Made by a program: the position numbers and the translations under genes. Positions 25,710-39,201 of a stretch of DNA of 64,000 nucleotides are shown here, piece after piece; the first letter of the stretch is position 1, and every line of letters begins with the position of its first letter. The notes below the pieces were generated by a model. The model searched no databases. It saw only the letters and a list, made by a program, of their open reading frames with translations, and was not told the DNA's origin. Source of the DNA: Raja brachyura (taxonomy: Eukaryota); assembly GCA_963514005.1 (NCBI GenBank), contig OY740798.1, positions 51,522,001 to 51,586,000 on the forward strand, written 5' to 3'.

Positions 25710-26270
25710 TACATAGACAAGAGGTGCAGGAGTAGGCCATTCGTCCCTTCAAGCCAGCACCGCCATTCAATGTGATCATGGCTGATCATCCACAATCAGT
25801 ACCCCGTTCCTGCCTTCACCCATATCCCCTGATTCCGCTAGCCCTAAAAGCTCTGTCTAACTCTCTTTTGAATGCATCCAGTGAATCAGCCTCTACTGCC
25901 ATCTGAGGCAGAGAATTACACAAATTCACAACTCTCTGGGTGAAAGGTTTTTCCGCATATCAGTTCTAAATGGCCTACCCCATATTCTTAAACTGTGGCC
26001 CCTGGTTCTGGATTCCCCCAACATCGAGAACATGTTTCCTGCATCTAGTGAGTCCAATCCCATAATAATTTTATATGTTTCTAATAACATCCCCTCTCAT
26101 CCTTCTAAATTCCAGTGAGTACAAGCCCAGTCGCTCCATTCTTTCATCATAAATCAGTCACGCCATCCCGGGAATTAACCTTGTGAACCTACACTGCACT
26201 CCCTCAAGAGCAAGAATGTCATTCCTCAAATTAGGAGATCAAAACTGCACTCATTACTCCAGGTGTCTCC
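25710..26270 (-). mobile_element. CR1 3' fragment
   Basis: CR1 C-terminal sequence and tail. Confidence 0.85.
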
Positions 26271-29089
26271 AGGACCCTGACTGAGAGTCAGGTAACAGCA
26301 AACTAGAGATATGGAAGGGTAAGGTGTGAAAACGACGGATCAAAGCAGATGTTGATAAGGGAATGTAGAATGTCTACCTTTCACCTTACTCTCAGTCTGA
26401 AGAAGGGTCTCAACCCAAAATGTCAACCAAAACTTCTCTCCAGAGATGCTGCCTGTCCTGCTGAGTTGCTCCAGCTTTTTGTATCTATAGTGTAAACCAG
26501 CATCTGCAGTTCCTTCCTACAAATCTCTGGAGACCAAGGATGGGTAATGTTTTGGGTTGGGACCCTTCTTCAGACAAATGGGGGGTGGAGAGAATGCTGA
26601 AAGAGAGCAGGTGCAAATCAAAGCAGATGGTTAGTCAAAGGCCAGAGATGAAAAGACAGAAGGTGTGAGACAAGTTGAGGTGTGGCGGAGGGGAGGGGTA
26701 CTTACTTACAATTGGTTACTTACAATTGAAGAATTCAATGTTCATAGAAGGTGAACAGCCGGTAGTAGTTGTGCACGTAGGCACAAACGACATCGGGAAG
26801 AAGAGGAAGGAGGTTCTCCAACATGAGATCAGAGAGTTGGGAAGAAGACTGAAATATCGGACTTCTAGGGTGGTTATCTCTGGATTGCTTCCAGTACCTC
26901 GTGCTAGTGAGGACAGGAACAGGGAGATAGGGGATCTGAATGTGTGGCTGAGGGGCTGGAGCAGGGAGCAAGGATTTCAATTTATAGACCACTGGGATCT
27001 CTTCTGGGGTAGGGATGACCTGTACAAAAGGGAAGGGTTACACCTTAACTGGAGGGGGATCGACATTCTGGCTGGCAGGTTTGCTAGGGCTACACGTGTG
27101 GGTTTAAACTAAATAGTGGGGGGAAGGGATTGACAAATTGGGAGTATAAAGATGGAGTTGATGGGGAAGTGGCTACAGGAAAAATTACAAAAGATTCTCG
27201 AATTAATGAGAAGGAAAGCTCGAGAAGGGACAACAGAGTAAGGTCAGGGCCAATTGCGAACAGTGCGAGTGGGAATGTGAATACGGAGGTCAAAGTGCTG
27301 TATATGAATGCGCGAAGTATAAGGAATAAAGTGGACGAGCTTGAGGCTCAGTTAGAAACTGGCAAGTATGATGATGTGGGGATTACTGAGACGTGGCTGC
27401 AAGAGGGCCAAGGCTGGGAACTGAATATTCAAGGGTGTACCTCATATCGAAAAGACAGACAGGTGGGCAGAGGGGGTGGCGTTGCTCTGTTGGTGAGGAA
27501 TGAAATTCAGTCCCTTGCAAGGGATGACATTGAAACAGGAGATGTGGAGTCAGTATGTATAGAACTAAGGAAATGTAAGGGTAAAAAGACCCTAATGGGA
27601 CTAATCTACAGGCCCCCAAACAGTAGCCTGGACATAGGGCGCAAGTTGAATCAGGAGTTAAAATTGGCATTTAGCAAAAGTAATGCTGCAGTTGTTATAG
27701 GAGATTTCAACATGCAGGTAGACTGGGAAAATCAGGTTGGTACTGGACCCCAAGAAAGGGACTTTGTAGAGTGCCTTCGTGATGGATTCTTTGAACAGCT
27801 TGTATTGGAGCCTACCAGGGAGAAGGCAATTCTGGATTTAGTGTTATTTAATGAACCGGATTTGATAAAGGACCTCGAGGTTAATGAGCCATTGGGAGGG
27901 AGTGACCATAATATAGTCAGGTTTAATCTACAATTGGAGAGGGAGAAGGGTAGATCAGAGGTGTCAGTGTTACAGTTGAATAAAGGGGACTATGGAGCCA
28001 TGAAGGAGGAGCTGGCCAAAGTTGACTGGAAAGATACACTAGCGGGGATGACAGTGGAACAACAATGGCAGGTATCTCTAGGAATAATACACAAGGTGCA
28101 GGATCAGTTCATTCCTAGGAGGAAGAAAGATTCCAAGGGGAGAAAGGGGTGACCGTGCTGACAAGGGACGTCAGGGACAGTATCAAAATTAAAGCAAAGA
28201 AGTACAACATAGCAAAGATGAGCGGGAAGCAAGAGGATTGGGTAATGTTTAAAGAACAACAGAAGATAACCAAAAATATGGGGAGAAAAGATGAGGTACG
28301 AAGGTAAGCTAGCCAAGAATATAAAGCAGGATAGTAAAAGCTTCTTTCGGTATGTGAAGAGGAAAAAATTAGTTAAGACCAAAGTTGGACCCTTGAAGAC
28401 CGAAAAAGGTGAATTTATTATGGGGAACAAGGAAATGACAGATGAGTTGAACAGCAGGGCTCTCACTTAACTTTTTTTCCCAGTTGCCACCCGGGCAACC
28501 TTGGCAGCTTTTTAAGTTGCCAAATGACAGTTTAGGTGGTCATTTAACACAGTTTGCATGACACATGCGATAATGTGCTCGGACGAAGTGCGTAGTTACC
28601 AGTCGGAATTATGCTCAATGAAGCATTCACATATTATTTCTGCTTCAAATAAAGTCACACACTAAACATATTCACCAATCAAGACATGATATATACCACA
28701 ATGACATGCAGCAAAATTATAATACAGGATCTCAACTCTTTTTACACATTGCAATTAATGCAATTTCTATTATTTCTTTCCACTTCCAAACAAAAATGTG
28801 GTTGGATTATTCAGTGTATGATCAACCTGTGTCAATAAATCCTGGACCATGCACGCTACAGATTGATGCAAGCATGTTTTCTGTGAAGGACTGAAAATTG
28901 CCATGACATGGCCATGGCATGGGTCGTTATTGCTATTGGCACAGAAACAAACACTTTGGCTTCCCACATAATTTATCCATAACAAAAAATAAAGTTTTCA
29001 AGGAAATTTCTAAAGGCATTTTATGATTATAGCTGTTAAAACCGACTATACCCATCTGACAGGTTAAACATTACACTAAATGACAAGAG

Positions 29090-29547
29090 GGTTACACAAA
29101 AAGCTGGAGAAACTCAGCGGGTGCAGCAGCATCTAAGGAGCGAAGGAGATAGGCGACGTTTCGGGTTGAGACCCTTCTTCAGACTGGTCAGGGATCAGGG
29201 AAACGAGAGATATAAACAGTGATGTGGACAGATAAGGAACAATGAGTGAAAGATATGCAAAAAAGTATTGGTGATAAAGGAAGCAGGCCATTGTAACCAC
29301 AAACAGCTTACAATGGCCTGCTTCCTTTATCACCAATACTTTTTTGCATATCTTTCACTCATTGTTCCTTATCTCTCCACATCACTGTTTATATCTCTCG
29401 TTTCCCTGATCCCTGACCAGTCTGAAGAAGGGTCTCGACCCGAAACGTCGCCTATATCCTTCGCTCCTTAGATGCTGCTGCACCCGCTGAGTTTCTCCAG
29501 CTTTTTGTGTAACCCTCGATTCTCCAGCATCTGCAGTTCCTTCTTTA
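29090..29547. mobile_element. Penelope-derived inverted-repeat insertion with 17-bp TSD
   Basis: TSD acactaaatgacaagag at 29073-29089 and 29548-29564. Two inverted arms of about 210 bp match the 3' end of the Penelope copy at 46077. Confidence 0.88.
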
Positions 29548-30159
29548 ACACTAAATGACAAGAGATGGCCAAAGGACATAACTGCAGCAAATGTTCTTTT
29601 GGTAATGTTTAAAGGTGTTAAAACGCCACATAACCGGACATTCAGATTAGATGTACGTGTTGCGAACAGCAATGAAGATACCCAGTTTGTACGCACCAGA
29701 TTTAAAAAAAATAATTGATAAATGCTGTTTCCATCATTCCCACCAGAATTAACGTTAACATTTCAACTGAAATATCTCCTGACCAAATTTGTGATGTATA
29801 TGACCGACTGTAGAAGTAAAACCTGGAATAATCCAACGTATAGTTGTGAATGTTGCTCACTAAATAACGACAGTACTGATACTCCATATTAAGAGCATTG
29901 ATTTGCCGTTAAAATGAATTCTGTAATAACGTGTCAACGGTAGCAGTGACAATCGAACACTGCAGTTTTAATGTTTCACGTGTTCACAATTTAATTAATC
30001 CATCGTCATGGACTAAAACAAATAATAACATTGGGAGTTAAAACACATTTGATTGCATTCCGTTATCAAACATAGTCAATGTTCACTCTGAGAAGGCAAT
30101 CGGTGCGGAATGGATGGATTGAGGCAGGTGAATTAGTACGTGTTGGTTAGAGTATGTAA

Positions 30160-30665
30160 AGGATGAATGGAAGATCAATACAGGATGAATGAGGGGATCA
30201 GTACAGGATGAATGGGGGTAGACAATAGTGCTGGAGAAATTCAGCGGGTGAGGCAGCATCTATGGAAATAGGCAACGTTTCGGGTCGACAACGTTCTTCA
30301 GACTGTTCCTCCCATTCTTCTTGAATGGGGGGGGGGATCAGCGCAGGATGAATGGGTGGATCAGTACAGTGTGTATCGGAGGGTCTGTGCAGGATGAATG
30401 GGGGGCTCAGTACAGGATGAATGGGGGAATCAGTAAAAGATGAATGGGGATCAGTAAAATGTGAATGGGGATCAGTAAAAGGTGACTGAGGGGATCACTA
30501 TAGGATGAATGGGGAATCAGTAAAAGGTGAATGGGTAGATCACTACATGATGGATGGGGGAGGGGGATGTGGTGCAGGATGGATTGGGGGACCAGTGTAG
30601 GATGGATGGGGGGTGGCAGGAGAATCAATGTGAGGTGGATAGGGTGATCAGCGCAGGATGAATAT
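30160..30665 (+). repeat. Degenerate ~22-bp minisatellite (aggatgaatgggggatcagtac-like)
   Basis: Repeated ggatgaatggg...gatcag units inside the DNA transposon. Confidence 0.8.
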
Positions 30666-33600
30666 ATGGGGGGGGGGGGGGGGGTAGATGGGGAGGGAAG
30701 CACGGGATGCCAGCAAGGACAGAATAGAGGCGGGAATGGGAATAAGTGCAGGATGGAGAGGAGGTGTCCCAGGATAAGGGGGGGTGGAGGGGGGCGTACA
30801 AGAGAGAGAGAGGGGAAGGGGCAGAGGAGGTGGGGAGGAAGGAAGGTCAGCGCTCCTCGGACAACATCTCCCCGCTGCCTTGGCCGTCCCTGTCCACCGC
30901 CAAGTGCCGCCGCCAAAGGGGGAGGCGGTTGGGAACTCCTTGCCACCGCCTCCCCTCCTCCAAACAGCCGACAGGTAGGTGTGGGGCCGAGCTGTGCAGG
31001 TGCTTCAGACGGTGGAAGGAGGCCTCCCCCTCCCTCCTCCTGGCCTTGGCGTGTGGGAGGGTTTGTTTTGAAAGCGCCGTTAGCGGGTTTGCAAGCAGCG
31101 GCCGCTATCAGGGCGGGCGGGGGGCGGGAGGAGGATATGGAGCCGCTGTCATGGCCCGCTGTGCGGGGCCCGTCATTCACTCTGATCCCTTGTCACCACG
31201 CACTTAATATCTTTGCCCCGCACTACAGCCGTTGCCGACAGGAAACGTTACGTCCCTTTTCACCAGAGATGCTGCCTGACCCGCTGAGTTACTCCTGCTT
31301 TTTGTGTCTATCGGTATAAACCAGTATCTGCAGTGCCATGTCGGACAAAATGACTCAGCGTTTAGGTTGTCCGGAGGCACTTTGGGTGGTCATTGGCACC
31401 CGGGCAACCATTAATTTCGAGCCCTGAACAGGTACTTTGGATCTGTCTTCACTAAGTTGGACATAAACAATCTTCTGATATAGTAGTGGACAGAGGACCT
31501 GGGGTGACAGAGGAACTGAAGGAAATCAACATTAGGCAGGAAATTGTGTTGGATAGACTGATGGGACAGAAGGCTGATAAATCCCCAGGGCCTGATGGTC
31601 TGCATCCAGGGTACTTAAGGAGGTGGCTCTAGAAATCGTGGATGCATTGGTGATAATTTTCCAATGTTCTATAGACTCAGGATCAGTTCCAATGAATTAG
31701 AGGGTAGCTAATGTTATCCCACTTTTTAAGAAAGGCGGGAGAGAGAAAACAGGGAATTATAGACCAGTTAGCCTGACATCGGTGGTGGGGAAGATGCTGG
31801 AGTCAATTATAAAACATGAAATAGCCGAACATTTGGATAGCAGTAACAGGATTGGTGCGAGTCAGCATGGATTTACGAAGGGGAAATCATGCTTGACTAA
31901 TATTCTGGAATTTTTTGAAGATGTAACTAGAAAAATGGTCAAGGGTGAGTCAGTGGATGTAGTGTACCTGGATTTCAGAAAGTCCCACATAGAAGATTAG
32001 TGGGCAAAATTAGGGCACATGGTATTGGGGGTAGAGTGCTGACATGGATAGAAAAGTGGTTGGCAGACAGGAAACAAAGAGTAGGGATGAACAGGTCCCT
32101 TTCAGAATAGTGGCAGTGACTAGTGGGGTACCGCAAGACTCGGTGCTGGAACCGCAGCTATTTACAATACACATCAATGATTTGGATGAAGGGATTCAAA
32201 GTAACATTAGCAAATTTGCAGATGACACAAAGCTGGGTGGCAGTGTAAACTGTGAGGAGGATGCTATGAGAATGCAGAGTGATTTGGACAGGTTGGGGGA
32301 GTGGGCAGATGCATGGCAGATGACGTTTAATGCGGATAAATGTGAGGTTATCCACTTTGGTAGCAAAAACAGGAAGGCAAATTACTATCTAAATGGCGTC
32401 AAGTTGAGAAAAGGGGAAGTACAATGGGATATGGGGGTCCTTGTACATCAGTCTATGAAAGTCAGCATGCAGGTACAGCAGGCAGTGAAGAAAGCAAATG
32501 TTGGCCTTTATAACAAGAGGAATTGACTATAGGAGCAAAGAGGTCCTTCTGCAGTTGTACAGAGCCCTATTGAGACCACACCTGGAGTATTTTTTCACAG
32601 AGTGGTAAGTCTGTGGAATTCTCTGCCTCAGAGGGCAGTGGAGGCAGGTTCTCTAGATGCTTTCAAGAGAGAGCTAGATAGGGCCCTTAAAAATAGCAGG
32701 GTTAGGGGATATAGGGAGAAGGCAGGAACGGGGTATTGATTGGGGATGATCAGCCATGATCCCATTGAATGGCGGTGCTGGCTCGAAGGGCCGAATGGCC
32801 TACTCCTGCACCTATTGTCTATTGTTTATATGACGTGCAGTTTCTCCAGCTCGCATTTGGACCAACTCGTCCATGCCGACCATGATGCCCCATCTACTCT
32901 AGTCCCAATTGCCTGCGTTTGGACCATATCGTTCTAAACCTTATTTATCCATGTGAAAGAGTTAGTTATTAATTGATTGTTGTCATATTTAAGCTTTCCT
33001 GTTGTAAAAAGCCAATAGTAATGCATGATGGGATTTGGACAACTCGCATCGTGACAAGGGTTTTTTTAACTTAAGTTGAATAGTTCACAGCTCTCTTACA
33101 AGGTTTTTTTATGTAAGTTGAAGAGGTTAATCAGATAAGAAGGGGCCCAGAAGATGCCATTGGGGTGTCTGGTTTTTGGCAAAGAGTGAAAAACAACTCC
33201 ATATTTGGAGGTGGATGATGATTTTTTGTACATTTCCGTCATGCAATTTGTTTATATCTATACGTATATAAGCTGAAGTTCTCTGGTATTTCTTTGTGTG
33301 TGCTGCTGGAGATTCAGACGTGAAACTGTAGCCTCTGGGTCTCTAGGTCCACACCCGTCAGATGTTAAATTAAAGCTTTGTATGGTCTTAAGAATTTGTG
33401 CTTTGCCTATCTTTTTAAGTGAACTTTTTCACATGTACCTGTCCATGGATATGGTATCTCAGTATATCTGTTATACTCAGCTACTCCAGCAATGTGATTC
33501 TATCTTCACTGAAAGTGGCAGTAATGGTTTGTTACATTACCACAGAGAAGCAAGACTGAGCAAGACTTAGTAAGGTATCTCTTCCTGAAGAGCATTAGTC

Positions 33601-33694
33601 AACCATTTGTGCTTTCCTGACAGTATTGCAGCTTTTGCAGTCAGTATATCCTTTTCCAACTTTCTGGTCATTAACCCCGTTTCAGTTCTACATT

Positions 33695-34350
33695 TGCAAT
33701 GACGGTTTAGCTTTTTTGCTTGGTTTAGAGATATATTGAAACGCATTGAGCTCGTCAGGGAGTGATGTTAAGTCGACATTCGAGCTGCCTCCTGGTTTCG
33801 CCTTGTGGGAGGTGATTGCAATCAGGCCCCGCCACAGCTGCCGAACATCTGTCTCATCCTCCAGCTTGGAGCAGAAGTCCCTTTTGGCCTTTTTGATGGC
33901 CTTGTCATGGTTGTATCTGGACTTCTTGTCTGTATCATCAGACATGAATGCCCGGTGTCTGGTCTTCAGAAGAGTGTGTATCTCATAGTTCATCCAAGGC
34001 TTCTGATTGTGAAACACTCGGAAGGTTTTTGTAGAGATGCAGTCCTCCACACATTTCGTAATGAAGTCTGTAACAACTATGGAGTATTCGTTCAAGTCCG
34101 TTGCCGAGTCCCTGAACATTGCCCGGTCTACAGACTCCAAACAGCCCTGGATTGTTCCTCTGCCCCCCCCCCCCCGACCATCTCTGTACAGTCCTCGCCT
34201 CTGGGGGTGCGCTCTTCAATTGCTATTGAAGCAGCACTGCAGTATGGTCGGATTTACCAAAGGGAGGGCGAGGGGTAGAGCGGTAGGCATTCTTGATGGT
34301 TGTGTAGCAGTGGTCGAGGGTGTTTAGTCCTCTGGTGCAGCAGGAGACAT
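33695..34350 (-). mobile_element. Rex/Babar- or L2-type LINE ORF fragment
   Basis: VTDFITKCVEDCISTKTFRVFHNQKPWM...LPDELNAF is typical of the EN-RT linker. Confidence 0.75.
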
Positions 34351-34371
34351 GTTGGTGGAAGTTAGAGAGCG

Positions 34372-35287
34372 ACTATTCACAACTATTCATTGGATTTATC
34401 CAGGTTTTACTTCGACAGTAGGTCATATACATCACAAATTTGGTCAGGAGATATTTCAATTGAAGTGTTAACGTTAATTCTGAAGCGTGAACGGTGGAAA
34501 TGGCGTTTATCAATATTTTTTTTTAAATCTGATGCGTACAAACTGGGTATCTTCATTGCTGTTCTCAACACAAACATCTAATCTGAATGTCCGGTAATGT
34601 GGCGTTTTGACACCTTTAAAACTATGGCCAAGAGAACATTTGCTGCAGTTATGTCCTTTGGCCATCTCGTGTCAGTTAGTGTAATGTTTAACCTGTCAGA
34701 TGGGTATAGTCGGTTTTAACAGCTACTATCATAAAATGCCTTTCGAAATTTCCTTGCAACCTGTATATTTTGCTGTGGATAAATTATGTGGGAAGCCAGA
34801 GTGTTTATGTACCATGAATGTCATGGTAATTTTCAGTCCTTCACAGAAAACATCCCTGCATCAATCTGTAGTGTGCATGGTTAAGCATACATGTTACCAT
34901 GGTCCAGGGTTTATTGACACAGGTTGATCATACGCTGAATACTCCAACCACATTTTTGTTTGGAAGTGGAAAGAAATAATATAAATTGCATTCATAGCAA
35001 CGTGTAAAAAGAGTTGAGATTATAATTTTGCTGCATGCCATTGTGGTATATATCATGTCTTGATTGGTGAATATGTTTAGTTTGTGACTTTATTTGAAGC
35101 AGAAATAATATGTGAATGCTTCATTGCGCATAAATCCGACTGGTAACTACGCACTTCGTCCGAGCACATTATTGTACACGTCATGCAAGCCGTCTTAAAT
35201 GACCACATAAATTGTCATACGGCAACCTAAAAAGCTGCCTAGGTTGCCCGGCTGGCAACAGTGAAAAAACGTTAAGTGAGAGCCCTG
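34372..35287 (-). mobile_element. Truncated inverted second copy of the DNA transposon at 28455
   Basis: Reverse complement of about 28455-29860 without the Penelope insert; ends ...ttaagtgagagccctg at 35287. Confidence 0.85.
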
Positions 35288-35419
35288 CTTGGTATAAATG
35301 TAAATTGTCCCTAGTGTGTGTCGAATAGTGTTAATGTGCAGGGATCGCTGGTCGGTGCGGCCTTGGTGGGCAGAAGGGCCCGTTTCCGTGCTTGATCTCT
35401 AAACTAAAGCAATTAGACT

Positions 35420-35830
35420 CAATCTATAAATTCACAGACGACACCATCGTAGTGGGCTGGATATCAAATGATGAGATGGAGTATAGATAGGAGATTGAGA
35501 ACCTTGTATACTGGTGCCAAGGCAACAACCTTTCTCTCAATGTCAGCAAAAATGAGACAGTGATGGACTCCAGGTACACACCTCGGTATACATTGACAGT
35601 GCCGATGTAGATTGGTAGAAAGCTTCAAGTTCCTAGGAATAAGTCTCACCAGCAATTTTTCGTGGACCAGTCACATTGTCGGTTTGGCCAAGAAAGCAAA
35701 CCACGCCTTCACTTCCTAAGAAGGAATTGGAAGTCGGGATGCATCACAGCCAGGTTTAGGAACAGATTTATCCAAGACCGCCAGAAATTGCAGAGAACTG
35801 TGGACGTAACCCCGACCATCATGCAAACCA
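35420..35830 (+). mobile_element. Rex/L2-type RT fragment
   Basis: KFTDDTIVVG...WCQGNNLSLNVSK...FKFLG remnants. Confidence 0.7.
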
Positions 35831-36362
35831 ACCTAAGATAGACACAAAATGATGGAGTAACACAGAGGGACAGGCAGCATTACTGGAGAGAAGGAATGGG
35901 CGACTTTTCAGGTCGAGACCTTTGTTCAGACGTCTGAAGACCTGAAACGTCAACATTCTTCTCACCAGAGATGCTGCCTGTCCCGCTGTGTTACTCCAGC
36001 ATTTTGTGTCTACAATGGAAACCAACGAATACCATACCCGTTATCTTCTATGTGCGCACTGTTGATGGCTTGATTATAATCATGTATGTGTAGGAAGAAA
36101 CTGCAGATGCTGGTTTACACCGAAGATAGACACAAAATGCTGGAGTAACTCAGTGGGACAGGTGGCATCTCTGGAGAGAAGAAACGTTTTGGGTCGAGAC
36201 CCATTTTCAGACTCTTGTAATCATGTAATCTTGTAATCGATTGTATTCATGTATAGTCTTTTTTTGACTGGATAGCACGCGACCAAAAAGCTTTTCACTG
36301 TACCTCGGTACACGTGATGATAATAAACTAAACTGAACTTCTTGTTTTTGATTTCCATTTAG

Positions 36363-36698
36363 ATTCGTTGGATATGAACATTTTTGCCAGTCCGAAGAAA
36401 GTATTTTTAAAATCAAGTGTTTTGTTGGAATGTAAATTTACTGGGTTTAAAGCACCGCTTGACTTGACAAATGTAGGTGTGCGGTGGTTGTTCGGACCAC
36501 GGAAGGAAGAAATCTATGTTTTTGAAATGGGAGAACATAGGCCCAAGGAACATGGCATAGAAATATCCGGTGAACTATCCAAAGGAGATGCTTCACTTCT
36601 GCTTAATAATGTCCGAGTGGACAACGAAGGGAATTATACTTGCATTGTGTTTGTCACTCCTGAAAAGGCAGAAAAGAGTTCGGATCTGCGAGTTTTAG
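36363..36698 (+). CDS. NCR3LG1: Gene B exon 2: IgV domain, B7-H6-like
   Basis: Acceptor ccatttag, donor G|gtaaaa. VLLECKF...VRW...LSKGDASLLL...DNEGNYTCIVFVTPEKAE resembles B7-H6 GDASL...YRCEVVVTPLKA as recalled. Confidence 0.92.
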
Positions 36699-37619
36699 GT
36701 AAAAGACCGTCAACATTACCCGGGGTGATCTGCACTTTTATTACTGGATCTTGGTGGTAAAAATGTCTATCACCAATTGCCCTTTATCGGCCAGCGTATT
36801 GAATATAGAAGTTTGGAGGTCATGTTGCAGTTATATAAGGCGTTAGTGAGGCTGTATTTAGAGTATTGTGTTCAGTTCTGGGCACCATGTTGTAGGAAAG
36901 ATGGTGTAAAGCTGGAAAGGGTACAGAGAAGATTTACGAGGATGCTGCCAGGATTCGAGGGTCTGGGCTACAGGGAGAGGTTGAGCAGCCTGGGACTTTA
37001 TACTTGCGGCGCAGGAGGATGAGGGGTGATCTTATGGAGGTGTATAAAATTATGAGAGGGATAGATCGGGTAGACACACAGAGTCTCTTGCCCAGAGTAG
37101 GGGGATCGAGGACCAGAGGGCATAGGTTTTAAGGTGAATTGTTCCTCTGTAAATCACCTCTAGTGTGTCGAGAGTGGATGCGATAGAAAGGATAACAGAA
37201 CTAGTGTGAACGGGTGATCGATGGTTGACGTGGACTTAATGAATGTAGGGCCAATTTCAATGCTGATTCTCAAATAAAATTGCAAATGTGAAACTGTATA
37301 AAGAGTGACCACGTCAAAAGTATGTTAGTGTACTCATTAATATATCCCACACACTCATAGCGCACTCATTCATCTTTTGTACAAAATTTCATAGGTTTTG
37401 GATTGAAATCTTTGAAATGTTCACAAAACTCTTTAAAATAAATATAAATAAATAAAAAATAATATATCCTATACATACTTAGCTGAATAATGTGGCAATC
37501 TAAATCTGCGTGTCATCAAAGGCACTAAATTATAGGAAAGGAATAGTTGGCATGGACTCGATGGGTTGAAGGGCCTGTTTCTAAGCAGTATCAATCAAAA
37601 ATGAACGTTAATTGACTTT

Positions 37620-38915
37620 TATAACCATATAACAATTACAGCACGGAAACAGGCCATCTCGGCCCTTCTAGTCCGTGCCGAAGTTACTCTCACCTAGCCC
37701 CATCTACCTGCACTCAGCCCATAACCCTCCATTCCTTTCCCGTCCATATACATATCCAATTTATTTTTAAATGATAAAATCGAACCAGTCTCCATCACTT
37801 CCACTGGAAGCTCATTCCACACAGCTACCAATCTCTGAGTAAAGAAGTTCCCCCTCATGTTACCCCTAAACTTATGTCCCTTAATTCTCAAATCATGTCC
37901 TCTTGTTTGAATCTTCCCTACCCTCAATGGGAAAAGCTTATCCACGTCAACTCTGTCTATCCCACTCATAATTTTAAAGACCTCTATCAAGTCCCCCCTT
38001 AACCGTCTGCGCTCCAAAGAATAAATACCTAACTTGTTCAACCTTTCTCCGTAACTTAGTTGCTGGAACCCAGGCAACATTCTAGCAAATCTCCTCTGTA
38101 CTCTCTCTATTTTGTTGACATCTTTTCTATAATTTGGCGACCAAAATTGTACACCATACTCCCAATGTGGTCTCACCAATGCCTTGTACAATTTTAACAT
38201 TACATCTCAACTTCTATACTCAACGTTCTGAAATAAAGGCCAGCACACCAAAAGCTTACTTTACCACCCTATCTACATCAGATTCCACCTTCAGGGAACT
38301 ATGCAGTTATTCCTAGATCCCTCTGTTCAACTGCATTCCTCAATTCGCTACAATTTACCATGTAAGTCCTATTTGATTTGTCCTGCCAAGATATAGCACC
38401 TCACACTTATCAGCATTAAACTCCATCTGCCATCTTTCAGCACACTCTTCCAAATGGCCTAAATCTCTCTGTAGACTTTGAAAATCTACTTCATTATCCA
38501 CAACATCACCTATCTTAGGGTACACAAAATGCTGGAGAAACTCAGCGGGTGCAGCAGCATCTAAGGAGAGAGGGAGATAGGCAACGTTTCGGGCTGAAAC
38601 CCTTCTTCAAACTGATGGAGTCTGAAGAAGGGTTTCGGCCCGAAATGTTGCCTACCATCAGTCTGAAGAAGGGTTTTGGCCTGAAACGTCGTCTATCTCC
38701 TTCGCTCCATAGATGCTGCTGCACCTGCTGAGTTTCTCCAGCATGTTGTGTACCCTCGATTTTCCAGCATCTGCAGTTCCTTTTTTAACACCTATCTTAG
38801 TATCATCTGCACACTTACCAATCCAATTTACCACACCATCATCCAGATCATTGATGTAAATGACAAACAACAGTGGACCCAGCACAGATCCCTGAGGCAC
38901 CCCACTAGTCACCGG
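37620..38915 (-). mobile_element. CR1 3' half containing a Penelope-derived insertion
   Basis: ORF 37694-38200(-) and the SGVPQGSVLGP...ADDTK motifs. Confidence 0.9.
38519..38788. mobile_element. Penelope-derived inverted-repeat insertion with 12-bp TSD
   Basis: TSD cacctatcttag at 38507-38518 and 38789-38800; inverted arms plus a tandem ctgaagaagg...gaaa motif. Confidence 0.85.
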
Positions 38916-39201
38916 ATAAGGGCAATCTATTTTTATTAGGGCAAGAGTTGAAGGAAGGAAAGTGGTCCATTTTGTATTAGCCCATCTATATGTTAATATA
39001 GGACATAGGTTTAAGGGGAGAGGGGAAATATTTAATAGGAACCAGAGGAGCAACCTTTTCACAGAGAAGGTGGTGAGTGTATGGAACAAGTTGCCTAACG
39101 AGGAAGTTGAGGCAGGTACTATAACAATATTTAAAAGACATTTGGACATGGATAGGAAAGGTTTAGAGTGTTCTGGTCCAACATGGGCAGGTGGGATTAA
39201 G

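Larger units (their letters stand above)
28455..31426. mobile_element. Non-autonomous TIR DNA transposon (hAT-like) inserted in the CR1
   Basis: Termini cagggctc...gagccctg with an imperfect extension of about 16 bp; subterminal cacccgggcaacc motifs; aacag duplicated at 28450-28454 and 31427-31431. The CR1 sequence resumes after it. Confidence 0.8.
26745..32826 (+). mobile_element. Long degenerate CR1 LINE (ORF1 esterase, ORF2 EN-RT, tail), split by a DNA transposon
   Basis: ORF1 SGNH-like VVHVGTNDIG...ISGLLP...GLHL; EN NARSIRNK, ITETW, YRPP, GDFN, SDH; RT QHGF, INDL, KFADDTK; (ctattgt)n tail. Confidence 0.92.

Noticed and set aside
30160-30665. CRISPR-like array
   Set aside because: Degenerate tandem minisatellite without unique spacers; eukaryotic context and no cas genes.
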